Positions 18,563 to 28,572 of a stretch of DNA of 46,852 bases are shown here, in pieces (the stretch's first letter is position 1; each line of letters opens with the position of its first letter). The DNA is taken from contig JBCNVN010000006.1 of the NCBI GenBank assembly GCA_039630055.1, positions 1-46,852 on the forward strand, read 5' to 3'. This DNA is from Candidatus Caldarchaeales archaeon. Lineage in GTDB: Archaea; Thermoproteota; Nitrososphaeria_A; Caldarchaeales; Wolframiiraptoraceae. The notes below the pieces were generated by a model. That model ran no database searches. It saw only the letters and a program-made list of their open reading frames with translations, and was not told the origin of the DNA. Position numbers and translations under genes: made by a program.

Positions 18563-20092
18563 CTACATTATCTCTACAAGTCTCCTAAACTCATCCTTTA
18601 AAACTTTATAAAGTCTATTATATAATTCATAATACTTCTTGTATTTTCCATGCTCAGAAAGATCGGGATCTAAGGGCTCTACAGTTCTAACTATCTCGCT
18701 TACTGCATCTTCGACGTTTCTATAAACTCCTACACCAACTGTTGCGAGAATCGCCGCTCCATAAGATGAACCTTCATCAACTTTTAGTAAAGATGTTCTA
18801 AGCCCAAAGACATCTGCAATTATTCTTCTCCAGAGGAGGCTTCTAGAACCTCCACCTAGAAGTCTAACTTCACTAAAAGTTACACCTACCTCCCGCATCA
18901 ACTCTAGAGAGTTCATTAATCCATATGCAACGCCTTCAAGGATAGATCTAACAATATGTCCCTTACCATGTTTTAAAGACAAGCCGAAGAAGACGCCTCT
19001 TGCATATGGATCTGCATGGGGTGTTCTCTCCCCAGAGAGATATGGTAGAAATATTAATCCTTCCGATCCGGTTGGGAGACCTGCAGCCTCTCTCACTATT
19101 ATATTGTATGGATCTTCATCGATAAGCTCGCCTATGATCTTTTCTAGTTGGCAGAAAGTATCTCTGAACCATCTCAAGCTACCCCCTGCAGCCAACATCA
19201 CTCCCATCAGATGCCATTTGGAGGGAGATGCATGACAGAATGCATGGAGTCTTCCCCTAGGATCGAACCTATATTTATCGCTAGATGTGAAGACAACGCC
19301 CGATGTACCTATATTCACAGATAATATACCCTCCGTAACCGCTCCAGCTCCCACACCTGCTGCACCTTGATCTCCAGCTCCAGCAACTACAATGGTCCCA
19401 GGTTTTAGCCCAAGCTCATCTGCAACCTCTTTACTTATCTCTCCTCTAACCTCGCTCGACTCTAAGACATCTGGAAAAATTTGGGGGGAAAGATCCAGTT
19501 CCGTGATTAAATCTTCAGCCCATCTCCTCCTCTCAACGTCAAATAGTGATGTTCCCGATGCATCGTTCACATCTGTGTAGACATCTCCAGTTAGCTTGAA
19601 CCCTACGTAATCTTTCGGTAACATGAATTTTTTTATCCTTCGAAAGTTCTCTAATTCATTATTCTTAACCCATAGTAATTTAGGTGCCGTGAAACCTGTT
19701 TGAACAATGCTTCCAGTTATCTTGATTATAGACTCTATGCTGAACTTATTATTGATGAACTCAGCTTCTCTAAAAGTTCTCTGATCATTCCACAATATGG
19801 CAGGTCTTATAATTTTTTCTTCATTATCTATAATGACGAGACCATGCATCTGGCCTGTTAATCCTATCCCCTGGATCGATTCTGAAGGAACCCTCTTTCT
19901 TGAAATTATCCTCCTCATAGCTTCTTTTGCCGCATTCCACCAATCTTCTGGATTCTGCTCTGTCCATCCAACTCTAGGCGTGTAAATAGGATACTCTACA
20001 ATCTCGCTATCTAGCACCTTTCCCTCCTCGTCGATCGCGATAATCTTACAACCAGTTGTACCAACATCTATGCCTAAAAATGCCTGGGTCAT
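18563..20092 (-). CDS. xylB: Xylulokinase
   Basis: LGIDVGTTGCK, GLTGQMHG, RPAILWNDQRT, APKLLW, LPKDY, DASGT, HAFCHA and PYLSGERTPH. Confidence 0.92.
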   Translation of the reverse strand: MTQAFLGIDVGTTGCKIIAIDEEGKVLDSEIVEYPIYTPRVGWTEQNPEDWWNAAKEAMRRIISRKRVPSESIQGIGLTGQMHGLVIIDNEEKIIRPAILWNDQRTFREAEFINNKFSIESIIKITGSIVQTGFTAPKLLWVKNNELENFRRIKKFMLPKDYVGFKLTGDVYTDVNDASGTSLFDVERRRWAEDLITELDLSPQIFPDVLESSEVRGEISKEVADELGLKPGTIVVAGAGDQGAAGVGAGAVTEGILSVNIGTSGVVFTSSDKYRFDPRGRLHAFCHASPSKWHLMGVMLAAGGSLRWFRDTFCQLEKIIGELIDEDPYNIIVREAAGLPTGSEGLIFLPYLSGERTPHADPYARGVFFGLSLKHGKGHIVRSILEGVAYGLMNSLELMREVGVTFSEVRLLGGGSRSLLWRRIIADVFGLRTSLLKVDEGSSYGAAILATVGVGVYRNVEDAVSEIVRTVEPLDPDLSEHGKYKKYYELYNRLYKVLKDEFRRLVEIM

Positions 20093-20112
20093 CTAGATTT
20101 TACCATGAAACC

Positions 20113-20122
20113 TATTTATAAA
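20113..20122 (-). promoter_or_regulatory. Archaeal TATA box for xylB
   Basis: TTTATAAATA on the minus strand about 21-30 nt upstream of ATG 20092. Confidence 0.5.
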
Positions 20123-20280
20123 CATTCATACATCCTCGAGAAGTGTTTATCAACAGAAGAACTACTAAACTATTCGTCACCTATTAGATATTAAACTCGT
20201 GGCGTTCTCTCTGATCTCGAAGACTCTGACCCTACGAGTAAAATAGATAGATGCATTTGTATGTAGGACTAGATATTTTT

Positions 20281-20297
20281 GGAAGATCTTTAAACAT
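20281..20297. repeat. 17-bp direct repeat, copy 1 (GGAAGATCTTTAAACAT)
   Basis: Exact second copy at 23141-23157; both copies are intergenic and preceded by a T tract. Confidence 0.6.
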
Positions 20298-20679
20298 GAG
20301 TAATTTTAAGCCTCATCTATTTATCTACTATTACCGTATGTCTTCTGAAACCTATGATACGATTAAGAAATAAGCTAATATGAACCAACCACCCAAACAT
20401 GGTTAGAGGAACGTGAAATAATTCTGAAGATGTAGTCTAGTTAATTGGTCGAGAATTAAAATCTAATTAATAAAACTGTCATAATCGGGATCTAGAAGAT
20501 GATCATCGGAGAAAAACAATTAATAAATAGATAATAGATCGTGCTCGACTTGATAATGTTAGATATCTAGTAATCGAAGAACACTAAAACTACGTGAAGT
20601 AATTTTCTCAGCATACTTATCAGAGACTTTCCAAATATTTTTAAAACTTATATTCTTACTTTTAGGTTAAATATACGTC

Positions 20680-21657
20680 GTGATAAACAGTGTAGCTGGT
20701 CTCGGAAAATTAGATGTCGTAACCGTTGGAGAGTGCTTGGTGGAGATTATGCGAGAATCTCGAGATGTTCCACATGATGTTCCTGGAGTTTACCTTGGAC
20801 CTTATCCTAGTGGAGCTCCCGCGATATTCATAGATGCCTGTGCAAGACTAGGGCTAAAAACAGGAATAATCGGTGCTGTGGGAGATGATGCCTTTGGCAA
20901 ACTCTTGATAGATAGGCTTAAGAGAGACAGTGTTGATGTAAGTAGAGTTAAGATTTTAAAAGATTTCACCACTGGGGTTGCATTCGTAACTTACTTCTCG
21001 TCAGGCTTGAGACAGTTTATCTATCATCTAAGACATGCAGCTTCAGGTCAAATATTTCCAGTGGACATCGATCCAAGTTACATCAAGGCATCAAAGCTTC
21101 TACATTTGATGGGTTCAAGTTTATCGATAAATGAAAATTGTAAAGAAGCCTGTTATAGAGCTGTAGAGATAGCGGATGATGAAGGGCTGATGATAACCTT
21201 TGACCCCAACCTTCGTCCAGAGCTTCTAGATGTTTCAACGATAAGAAATATCTGTGCTCCTATCTTAAAAGTTGCAAAAGCAGTTCTTCCAAGCAGTATT
21301 GAAGCAGAGGCTCTAACGGGTGTTAAGGATCCTATAAACTCGGGAAGGAGGCTTCTTGAATATGGGCCTGAGATTGTCGTAATAAAGATGGGTGAGAAGG
21401 GATCGATAGCAGTAACTAGAGATGAAGTTATTGAGACATCTGCGATAAAGGTGAAAGAGGTAGATCCTACAGGGGCTGGAGATGTATATGATGCAGCCTT
21501 CATATATGGACTGCTTAATAGATGGTCTCTTAAAGAGATTCTAAGATTTGCCAATGCAGCGGGCGCAATCAAGGTAACTAGATTCGGCCCTATGGAGGGA
21601 CCTGTATCTCGTCATGAGATTGAAAACTTTTTGAGAGAAATGAGCGCTGATCTATAA
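20680..21657 (+). CDS. PfkB-family sugar kinase, probable D-tagatose kinase
   Basis: GPYPSGAPAIFID, GAVGDDAFG, FDPNLR and DPTGAGD. Lies 2 bp upstream of a KbaZ/GatZ-family gene. Confidence 0.85.
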   Translation: MINSVAGLGKLDVVTVGECLVEIMRESRDVPHDVPGVYLGPYPSGAPAIFIDACARLGLKTGIIGAVGDDAFGKLLIDRLKRDSVDVSRVKILKDFTTGVAFVTYFSSGLRQFIYHLRHAASGQIFPVDIDPSYIKASKLLHLMGSSLSINENCKEACYRAVEIADDEGLMITFDPNLRPELLDVSTIRNICAPILKVAKAVLPSSIEAEALTGVKDPINSGRRLLEYGPEIVVIKMGEKGSIAVTRDEVIETSAIKVKEVDPTGAGDVYDAAFIYGLLNRWSLKEILRFANAAGAIKVTRFGPMEGPVSRHEIENFLREMSADL

Positions 21658-21659
21658 GT

Positions 21660-22985
21660 TTGATGGAGGTTGGAGAAGTGGACCATCCATTCGATAGAAG
21701 TTTTGTTAGAAGCATATCAATCAAGAAGGAGATTTCAATAGTTAGGTTTATCCTAGACACATATTACAAGTTATCATGGAATAGTATCGATGATGGTGTA
21801 ACGCTTCTCGGGATATGCCCAGTTTCTAGATCTACCGTAAGTGCTTCTATCGAGCTTGCAAAGTTCATGTGTTCTCCCATAATGTTCATTACGACACTAA
21901 ATCAAGTTGATATAGATGGTGGATATACAGGGTTAACACATAAAGACTTCATCAACTTGGTTAGACGAGAATGTGAAAAACTAGGTTTTTGGGGACCGGT
22001 TATCATAGCCTTAGACCATGGTGGACCTTGGCTTAAAGATAGACATGTTGCTGAAAGATTAAGTCTTGAAGATGCGATGGAGTGGACGAGAAAATCAATC
22101 GAGTCATGCATCAAAGCAGGATACGATCTACTACACATAGATGCTACGAGAGATATATGGATTCAAGAAGAATCTTTAGGAATGGACGTAGTAATCGAGA
22201 GGACGGTATCTCTTATAGAATATGCTGAAACTGTAAGGAGGGAAGAGGGGATCCCTAGATTAGACTATGAAGTTGGAACCGAGGAGGTTCACGGTGGTTT
22301 AACCTCACCGAGATTATTTGAAGAATTCATAATAAGGTTAAAGATTAAACTTAAAGAGAGTGGGTTAGAAGATGTATGGCCATGTTTTATCGTAGGCAAC
22401 ATAGGGACGAATCTAACCATAGAGAATGAACTAAAGTACGATGAGGCTAGGATGCTGGTAGATATAGCGAGAAGGTATGGACTTTACTTAAAAGGGCACT
22501 ATACTGATTTTGTAGTAAACCCAGAGAAATATCCAAAAGCTAAGATAGGTGGAGCTAATATTGGACCAGAACTCGCATATGTAGAATACTTGGCTATTGA
22601 AGAGCTGAGTACGATTGAAGAGACTCTCTTTGAGAAGAAGTATATCATGGAAACATCATCGATAATAGAGAAATTGAATGAGATGATAATCAACGATAAT
22701 AGGTGGAAGAAATGGTTGACGAGAGGAGAAAGAAACCTGAAGTTCTCTCAACTATCGCCCGAGAGGAAGAGGTGGCTTCTAGGAACGTGTTCTCGATACT
22801 TTCTATCTCATCCTGAAACGTTTAAACTTAGAGAACAACTCTACAAATCTCTAGAAACTTACGGTATCAATGCGGATGAGAGAATTAGGATGAGAATCTG
22901 GGATGTTCTGAAAAAATATGTAAAGGCTTTCAATTTAAGAAACTTTAAACTTCTCCTAGAAGAGAGATTAATAAAAGAACTTTAA
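21660..22985 (+). CDS. KbaZ/GatZ family protein, probable tagatose-6-phosphate 4-epimerase
   Basis: TLNQVDIDGGYTG, ALDHGGP, HIDAT, YEVGTEEVHGG, KGHYTD, ANIGPEL and SRY. No KbaY/GatY partner nearby. Confidence 0.85.
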   Translation: MMEVGEVDHPFDRSFVRSISIKKEISIVRFILDTYYKLSWNSIDDGVTLLGICPVSRSTVSASIELAKFMCSPIMFITTLNQVDIDGGYTGLTHKDFINLVRRECEKLGFWGPVIIALDHGGPWLKDRHVAERLSLEDAMEWTRKSIESCIKAGYDLLHIDATRDIWIQEESLGMDVVIERTVSLIEYAETVRREEGIPRLDYEVGTEEVHGGLTSPRLFEEFIIRLKIKLKESGLEDVWPCFIVGNIGTNLTIENELKYDEARMLVDIARRYGLYLKGHYTDFVVNPEKYPKAKIGGANIGPELAYVEYLAIEELSTIEETLFEKKYIMETSSIIEKLNEMIINDNRWKKWLTRGERNLKFSQLSPERKRWLLGTCSRYFLSHPETFKLREQLYKSLETYGINADERIRMRIWDVLKKYVKAFNLRNFKLLLEERLIKEL

Positions 22986-23140
22986 TTCTATAACGTTCTC
23001 ATGATATTGTTATATTTAGTTTCTCTCATGAAGTTTAAAGAAATTGTTGAATATTAAACGTCAGCTGGAAAGATAGCATCACATGAGATGCATGATAGAG
23101 CGTTATCAGTTATAAGATTAGTGGCTTACGTCAAGTTTTG

Positions 23141-23157
23141 GGAAGATCTTTAAACAT
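23141..23157. repeat. 17-bp direct repeat, copy 2 (GGAAGATCTTTAAACAT)
   Basis: Identical to 20281-20297. Confidence 0.6.
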
Positions 23158-23353
23158 AGGGAGATCTAAAATAAATGAAAACTCTCGAAGCCCTCTCTGG
23201 TATACAGGTCCAGAGCGCGCCTATCTTTAGCATAAGTGATTACTGGAAATGTTTACTCGAACACTATCGTTATACTTTAAAGATCAAAAAGTTATTTTTA
23301 TTGAAGTAAATGTTTTTATATGGCTTTTTCCTTTATGCATTCAGTGATATTAT

Positions 23354-24451
23354 ATGGCAAGAGTTAAAGTAGTCGATCTTCACAAGAATTTTGATAAGAC
23401 GGTTGCTGTGGATGGTGTTTCTTTCGAAGTCTCAGATGGAGAATTTGTAGTACTTTTAGGCCCCTCTGGATGTGGCAAGACTACAACATTAAGATGTATT
23501 GCGGGGTTGGAAACTCCTGACAAAGGTGAGATATACATTGGTGATAGACTTGTAAATGATCTTCCTCCAAAAGATAGAGACGTTGCAATGGTCTTCCAAA
23601 GCTATGCTCTCTATCCACATATGACCGTATACGATAATCTTGCCTTTCCATTAAAGATGAGAAAGTACGCGAAAGAAGAAATAGGTAAGAGGGTTAAAGA
23701 AGTAGCTCAGATGCTTAGAATAGACCACTTGCTCAATAGGAAGCCTAGACAGCTTAGTGGTGGAGAACAGCAGAGAGTGGCATTGGGTAGGGCTCTGGTC
23801 AGAAATCCAAAGGTTTGGCTTATGGATGAGCCTCTCAGCAATCTTGATGCTAAGCTTAGAATATACATGAGAGCGGAGCTTAAGAAACTTCAAAAAGATT
23901 TAAAGATAACGACGATATATGTTACACACGACCAAGCCGAAGCTATGGCTATGGCTGATAGAATCGCTGTAATGAATAAGGGTAAATTATTGCAATATGC
24001 TCCCCCTCACATAATATACGATAAACCTGCAGATGTATTCGTCGGCGGATTTATAGGTGCACCACCAATGAACTTTATAGAAGCGAGCATCGTAGAGCAT
24101 GATGAACAAGTATTTCTCGATGCAGAGATATTCAGATTCTCGTTAAACCCAGAGTTGGCAAAAATCATCAAGAATAAGGCTACCAGCGATAAAGTGATCT
24201 TAGGCTTTAGACCTGAAGATATCTCAATATTCATGGAGAGAAGACCTGAAGCATTATTCCAAGCAGATCTATACGTTATTGAGCCCATGGGTTCGAATAT
24301 TATTGTTGACCTAAAGGTTGGGGAACGGCTTCTTAAAGCAGTCCTACCGCCCACAGTACGTCTACCTCCACTGGGAGAGAAGGTATGGATCTACTTCCCG
24401 CCTGAGAGATTCCATATATTCGACGCAAAGACTGAGCAAGCAATAGCATAA
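23354..24451 (+). CDS. Sugar ABC transporter ATP-binding protein (MalK/MsmX type)
   Basis: Walker A GPSGCGKT, VFQSYALYPHM, LSGGEQQRVA, LMDEPLSNLDAKLR, YVTHDQ and C-terminal TOBE domain. Confidence 0.95.
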   Translation: MARVKVVDLHKNFDKTVAVDGVSFEVSDGEFVVLLGPSGCGKTTTLRCIAGLETPDKGEIYIGDRLVNDLPPKDRDVAMVFQSYALYPHMTVYDNLAFPLKMRKYAKEEIGKRVKEVAQMLRIDHLLNRKPRQLSGGEQQRVALGRALVRNPKVWLMDEPLSNLDAKLRIYMRAELKKLQKDLKITTIYVTHDQAEAMAMADRIAVMNKGKLLQYAPPHIIYDKPADVFVGGFIGAPPMNFIEASIVEHDEQVFLDAEIFRFSLNPELAKIIKNKATSDKVILGFRPEDISIFMERRPEALFQADLYVIEPMGSNIIVDLKVGERLLKAVLPPTVRLPPLGEKVWIYFPPERFHIFDAKTEQAIA

Positions 24452-24604
24452 CAATAAGATAATAAACTAGATGTCAAAATTTTCTAAGTAGAGTTTAGAG
24501 ACTTAAGGCTTTAAAGTTAAAGTATTAATTTATCTTCTTAACTGAGATATTTTTCTTTCAGAAAAACCTATATGTTTGTTATATTAAATCAATAAAATGA
24601 GATC

Positions 24605-26008
24605 ATGAATAATAAAATTAGAATAGGTTTTGTCCCGCTACATAGGTACCCTTTCGATGAAGAATGGGGTGTTGAATTAAAAAAGAGGTTTGTCCAAGAG
24701 ATATCGAAACTTCAATTTATTGATCTTATATATCCTAGTGAAGATATTACTAAAAGAGGTTTGGTTTGGGATGATAATGATGCAGAGAGAACTATTGAAC
24801 TTTTTAGAGAAAAGAATGTTGAAGGAATATTAATAGGTACGATGACGTTTGGTGATGAGCTTGCTGGGGCCAGAGTTGCAGAAGAATTTAAAGATTATCC
24901 GATAGCCATCTTTGGAACTAAGGAGCCGGAGATGTTACCAGGAGGCTTTAGGAGGTCTGACTCCTTCTGTGGAACGCTTTCACTAACATCTGCCCTTTAC
25001 CGTAGAGATATTCCTTTTATATTCCTTGGATTATTCTTTCCAGAGGAAGAAAGTTTTAGAAGAGGATTAGAAAACTTTGTAAGAGTCGTATCTATAGTTA
25101 GAAAATTTTATGGTGCTAGAATAGGGCTTATCGGACCACGCCCAGAGAGATTTGAAACAGTTACATTTAATGAAGCTCTACTAGCCAGAAAATTTAAGCA
25201 GAGAGTTGTCCATAGATCCCTATTTGGAGTAATTGAAGAAGCTAGGTCGTTAAAAGATGATGATCCAAAAGTTATCAAAATTATTGAGGATATAAAATCT
25301 TCAGCCGATATTTCACGAACTCCAAGAGAAACATTATTAAAGATAGCTAAGCTTGAAGTTGTTTTAAGAAAGATTGCTGATGAATCTAATCTTTCAGGTA
25401 TGGGTGTACGTTGTTGGACGGAGATACAGAGATATTATGGTGTAAGTCCATGTTATGCAATGGGTAGAATAACTCAATCTGGAATAATGTGCTCATGCGA
25501 GGTCGATATCTATGGTGCATTAACTATGATTATGCAGTATTATGCTTCACTACAAACGACACCACCACATTTCATAGACTGGACTATACAACATCCTAAA
25601 GATCCAAACGTGTTCCTCGCATGGCACTGTGGAAACGCTCCTCCAGCTTTAGCATGTACTGGATGCCAACCATCAATACTTTATCATAGTATACTACATA
25701 AGGATGTAGGTGAAGAAGGTTCTTACGGCACTGCAGAGTTTAGATTAAAGCCAGGAGTAGTTACAATATGTAGGCTTGTTGAATACAAAGGCGAGTTCAA
25801 GATGTTGATCACAAAGGGTGAAGCATTGCAGGAAGAAACAGGATTTAGAGGTAGCTGGGTATGGGTTAAAGTTGAAAACCTAGATAAATTATACCGAACA
25901 CTAGTTGAGGAAGGTTTCATCCATCACGCAAGTATGATTCATGGAGACTATGTTGAACCGATAAGAGATGCATGTAAAATACTAGGGATAAAAACTATCA
26001 TAATCTAA
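24605..26008 (+). CDS. L-fucose/L-arabinose isomerase superfamily protein, substrate unknown
   Basis: TFGDE, RSDSFCG, IGPRP, RCW, SCEVDIYGA (metal Glu), FIDW (Asp), WHCGN and GFIHH (His). Confidence 0.85.
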   Translation: MNNKIRIGFVPLHRYPFDEEWGVELKKRFVQEISKLQFIDLIYPSEDITKRGLVWDDNDAERTIELFREKNVEGILIGTMTFGDELAGARVAEEFKDYPIAIFGTKEPEMLPGGFRRSDSFCGTLSLTSALYRRDIPFIFLGLFFPEEESFRRGLENFVRVVSIVRKFYGARIGLIGPRPERFETVTFNEALLARKFKQRVVHRSLFGVIEEARSLKDDDPKVIKIIEDIKSSADISRTPRETLLKIAKLEVVLRKIADESNLSGMGVRCWTEIQRYYGVSPCYAMGRITQSGIMCSCEVDIYGALTMIMQYYASLQTTPPHFIDWTIQHPKDPNVFLAWHCGNAPPALACTGCQPSILYHSILHKDVGEEGSYGTAEFRLKPGVVTICRLVEYKGEFKMLITKGEALQEETGFRGSWVWVKVENLDKLYRTLVEEGFIHHASMIHGDYVEPIRDACKILGIKTIII

Positions 26009-26040
26009 ATAATCTAATAGAAGAAGTTTCATAACCGATT

Positions 26041-26066
26041 TTTTAATAATAAAAATAAAAGAAAGA
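26041..26066 (-). terminator. Probable T-rich archaeal terminator between convergent genes
   Basis: Minus strand reads TCTTTCTTTTATTTTTATTATT just after the solute-binding protein stop. Confidence 0.4.
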
Positions 26067-26074
26067 TGAAGTTT

Positions 26075-27574
26075 TCAGTAAGTTAATTTGAGGATCTGCT
26101 TCCATTCTTTGGTCATTTCTATAGTTGCTGTCTCTGCATCTATTCTGCCAGCTACATACTCAGTAACCCATTTAGCTATAGAGTCTTCTAGTAACGGATT
26201 CTCGGGAACAAAGTTTCTGAACCCTGCTTTAAGCAGAGATTCTAAGAATACTTCTTTAAATATTCCTGGATATTGTGGAGCAAGCTCCTCTATCACACTT
26301 CTAGCTACAGGGAATGAAGAAGATACTTTCCACTGCTTTATCATAGATTCTCTCAATACCAGGTACTGACAGTAAAGCCATGCCTCTTTAGGATTCTTAG
26401 AATATTTGCTTACTCCAACTTGCCATGTACCATCTATCGGAACTCCTGGAGCTGGTGAAACTCCTATTTTCCCAGCTACCTCCGGATATGTCTCAGGAGC
26501 TTTCTCGATAAAGTCTATAAATGTTGAAGCCCATGATCCAGCCCACATTGCTGCATGCCCTCTTCCTAGAAGCTCCATACATTCAGACCATTCTGTCTGC
26601 ATCGGGTTCGGAACATATTCGCAAAATTCTTTAAACATCTTCATCACCTTTATACCCATATCGGTTATTTCTGGATCGAATGCTATCTTTCCATCTTTAG
26701 TGAATAAGTCTCCCCAAGGCTCCACTACCTCTCCACAGACTCTCATACCTTCTGGAGACCTCCTCCATTGAGCGAAGAGCCAACAATACTCCCAGTGTAT
26801 TGTATGGGTTCTCATAGCCATTATCGTATTACCTGCTTCTACCGGTGAATCTGGATTAAACTTTCTAGTAAAGAATTTTCCGATAGCATATACATCTTCA
26901 AGAACTTTTGGAACGACAAGCTCCATTGGAATCTTATTCGGATCTAACCCAATCTCTGGAGCTTTTGCTTTAAGATCATCTATATTCTTATCTATCCACT
27001 TCCTATACATATCTTTTATCTTTGTATCTTGCCAGAGATCTTTTCTATAGAACATCGCCATAACGTTTGCGGTGATAGTGTATCCTATTCTCTTACCTCC
27101 CCAATGACAATATCTTTTATCAACGGTGGGTAAGAAATCTGCATAATTAGTAAAGATCTCTGCATCTGGATACTTTGCTTTCAGATCTTCTACAGGATAA
27201 CAATGGGGAGCAAATGCTCCCGTGTATATACAGTCCCACATATAAACATCATATTCACCTGCTCTCGTAGAGAAGTCATGAATCTGTCTATCCCTTCCAG
27301 TCTCCCAATCGAATAAGAGTGTCTCAACCTCGATGTTAGTATACTTCTTCATGAAGTCTTCTTCAGCAACAGCCTTCATACCTGGAGCAGAGTGAGCAAT
27401 AGCTACAACCTTTATACGAGCCGGCGGTCTATATAATGAAGTGTATGCGTAATACCCGCCTGCACCTGCAACCGCCGCTGCAACAATAGCACCTATTGCA
27501 ATCTTAGCGGTTTTAGAGAGAGCTTCTCTACGTGATAACTTAATTCGGTTTAAATTCAGATTTTCCTCATACAT
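26075..27574 (-). CDS. Sugar ABC transporter solute-binding protein with twin-arginine signal
   Basis: LSRREALS plus hydrophobic helix; GEYDV, MFYRKDLW and VSKYSKNPKEAW. Confidence 0.9.
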   Translation of the reverse strand: MYEENLNLNRIKLSRREALSKTAKIAIGAIVAAAVAGAGGYYAYTSLYRPPARIKVVAIAHSAPGMKAVAEEDFMKKYTNIEVETLLFDWETGRDRQIHDFSTRAGEYDVYMWDCIYTGAFAPHCYPVEDLKAKYPDAEIFTNYADFLPTVDKRYCHWGGKRIGYTITANVMAMFYRKDLWQDTKIKDMYRKWIDKNIDDLKAKAPEIGLDPNKIPMELVVPKVLEDVYAIGKFFTRKFNPDSPVEAGNTIMAMRTHTIHWEYCWLFAQWRRSPEGMRVCGEVVEPWGDLFTKDGKIAFDPEITDMGIKVMKMFKEFCEYVPNPMQTEWSECMELLGRGHAAMWAGSWASTFIDFIEKAPETYPEVAGKIGVSPAPGVPIDGTWQVGVSKYSKNPKEAWLYCQYLVLRESMIKQWKVSSSFPVARSVIEELAPQYPGIFKEVFLESLLKAGFRNFVPENPLLEDSIAKWVTEYVAGRIDAETATIEMTKEWKQILKLTY

Positions 27575-27674
27575 ACAAAAATAATATGTTTTTATTATAT
27601 TTAAATTTTAGGTTAATATTTTTAAAAAGGCGACTCGTCATATAAATTTGAGAGTGCAGTAGTGTGATACGTCT

Positions 27675-28568
27675 ATGAAAAGGTCTACCTTCATTCTCGT
27701 CTTACCCACTTTGATCTTGTTATTGATGCTTGTAATATATCCAACAGTACACATTTTCTATATGATTTTCCAATCATTTAATCCGCTGGTGGATGTTGTA
27801 CCACGTTTTGCAGGTCTTAGAAACTTCTTCGTATTCATTAGTGATAGTGAAGCACACTATGCCATAATGATAATGTTATTATTAACTGCTATCACCACCC
27901 CTATACAGCTAGGTCTTGGAATACTATTCGGAATTCTTCTATCATCAAAATATCTTCATGGTAAATCGATCCTTACTTCTTTATTTATAATTCCGATGAG
28001 TATACCTGCAGTTATAATAGGATTGAATTGGAAGATGATCTTCTTTACTAAGGGTCCTCTAAATGCGTTTCTAGAATCGATTGGGATATCACCCCAACCA
28101 TGGCTAAGTACACCCTTTGGTAATCCATTCAATACTATCTTTTGTCTAGCTGTTCTCGACATATGGCAATGGACACCCTTCATAGCTTTAGCTGTTGCAA
28201 GTGGTATCGAGAGTGCGCCGACAGATATAAGGGAAGCGGCCTCTCTTGATGGTGCATCTGAGATACAGATACTAAGACAAATAATTTTACCGATGCTGAA
28301 GAGTATTATTATAATAATATTCATTCTCAGAATAATAGATTCATTAAAGATATTCGATATAATTTACATGCTTACCTTTGGTGGTCCTGGAAATGTTACG
28401 ACATCTCTCCCATTTTACATCTATAAAGTTGGTTTTACTCTGACAGCAGCACGTGCTGACTTAGGTTATGCATCGTTTCTCTCAGTAATCTTATTATCCA
28501 TAGCATCAATACTAATAGTTTCTACTTTAATGAGGATATTCAATGTTAGGAAGGTGATATGGGAGTGA
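27675..28568 (+). CDS. Carbohydrate ABC transporter permease (CUT1, MalF-like)
   Basis: FAGLRNF, DIWQWTPF, EAASLDGAS, KIFD and TFGGPG. Confidence 0.93.
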   Translation: MKRSTFILVLPTLILLLMLVIYPTVHIFYMIFQSFNPLVDVVPRFAGLRNFFVFISDSEAHYAIMIMLLLTAITTPIQLGLGILFGILLSSKYLHGKSILTSLFIIPMSIPAVIIGLNWKMIFFTKGPLNAFLESIGISPQPWLSTPFGNPFNTIFCLAVLDIWQWTPFIALAVASGIESAPTDIREAASLDGASEIQILRQIILPMLKSIIIIIFILRIIDSLKIFDIIYMLTFGGPGNVTTSLPFYIYKVGFTLTAARADLGYASFLSVILLSIASILIVSTLMRIFNVRKVIWE

Positions 28569-28572
28569 GAGT

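Noticed and set aside
23341-23350. Recurring GTGAT just upstream of starts (also near 640 and 27664) as a TrmB-like operator
   Set aside because: Position fits a Shine-Dalgarno element, and no TATCAC-N5-GTGATA palindrome is present.
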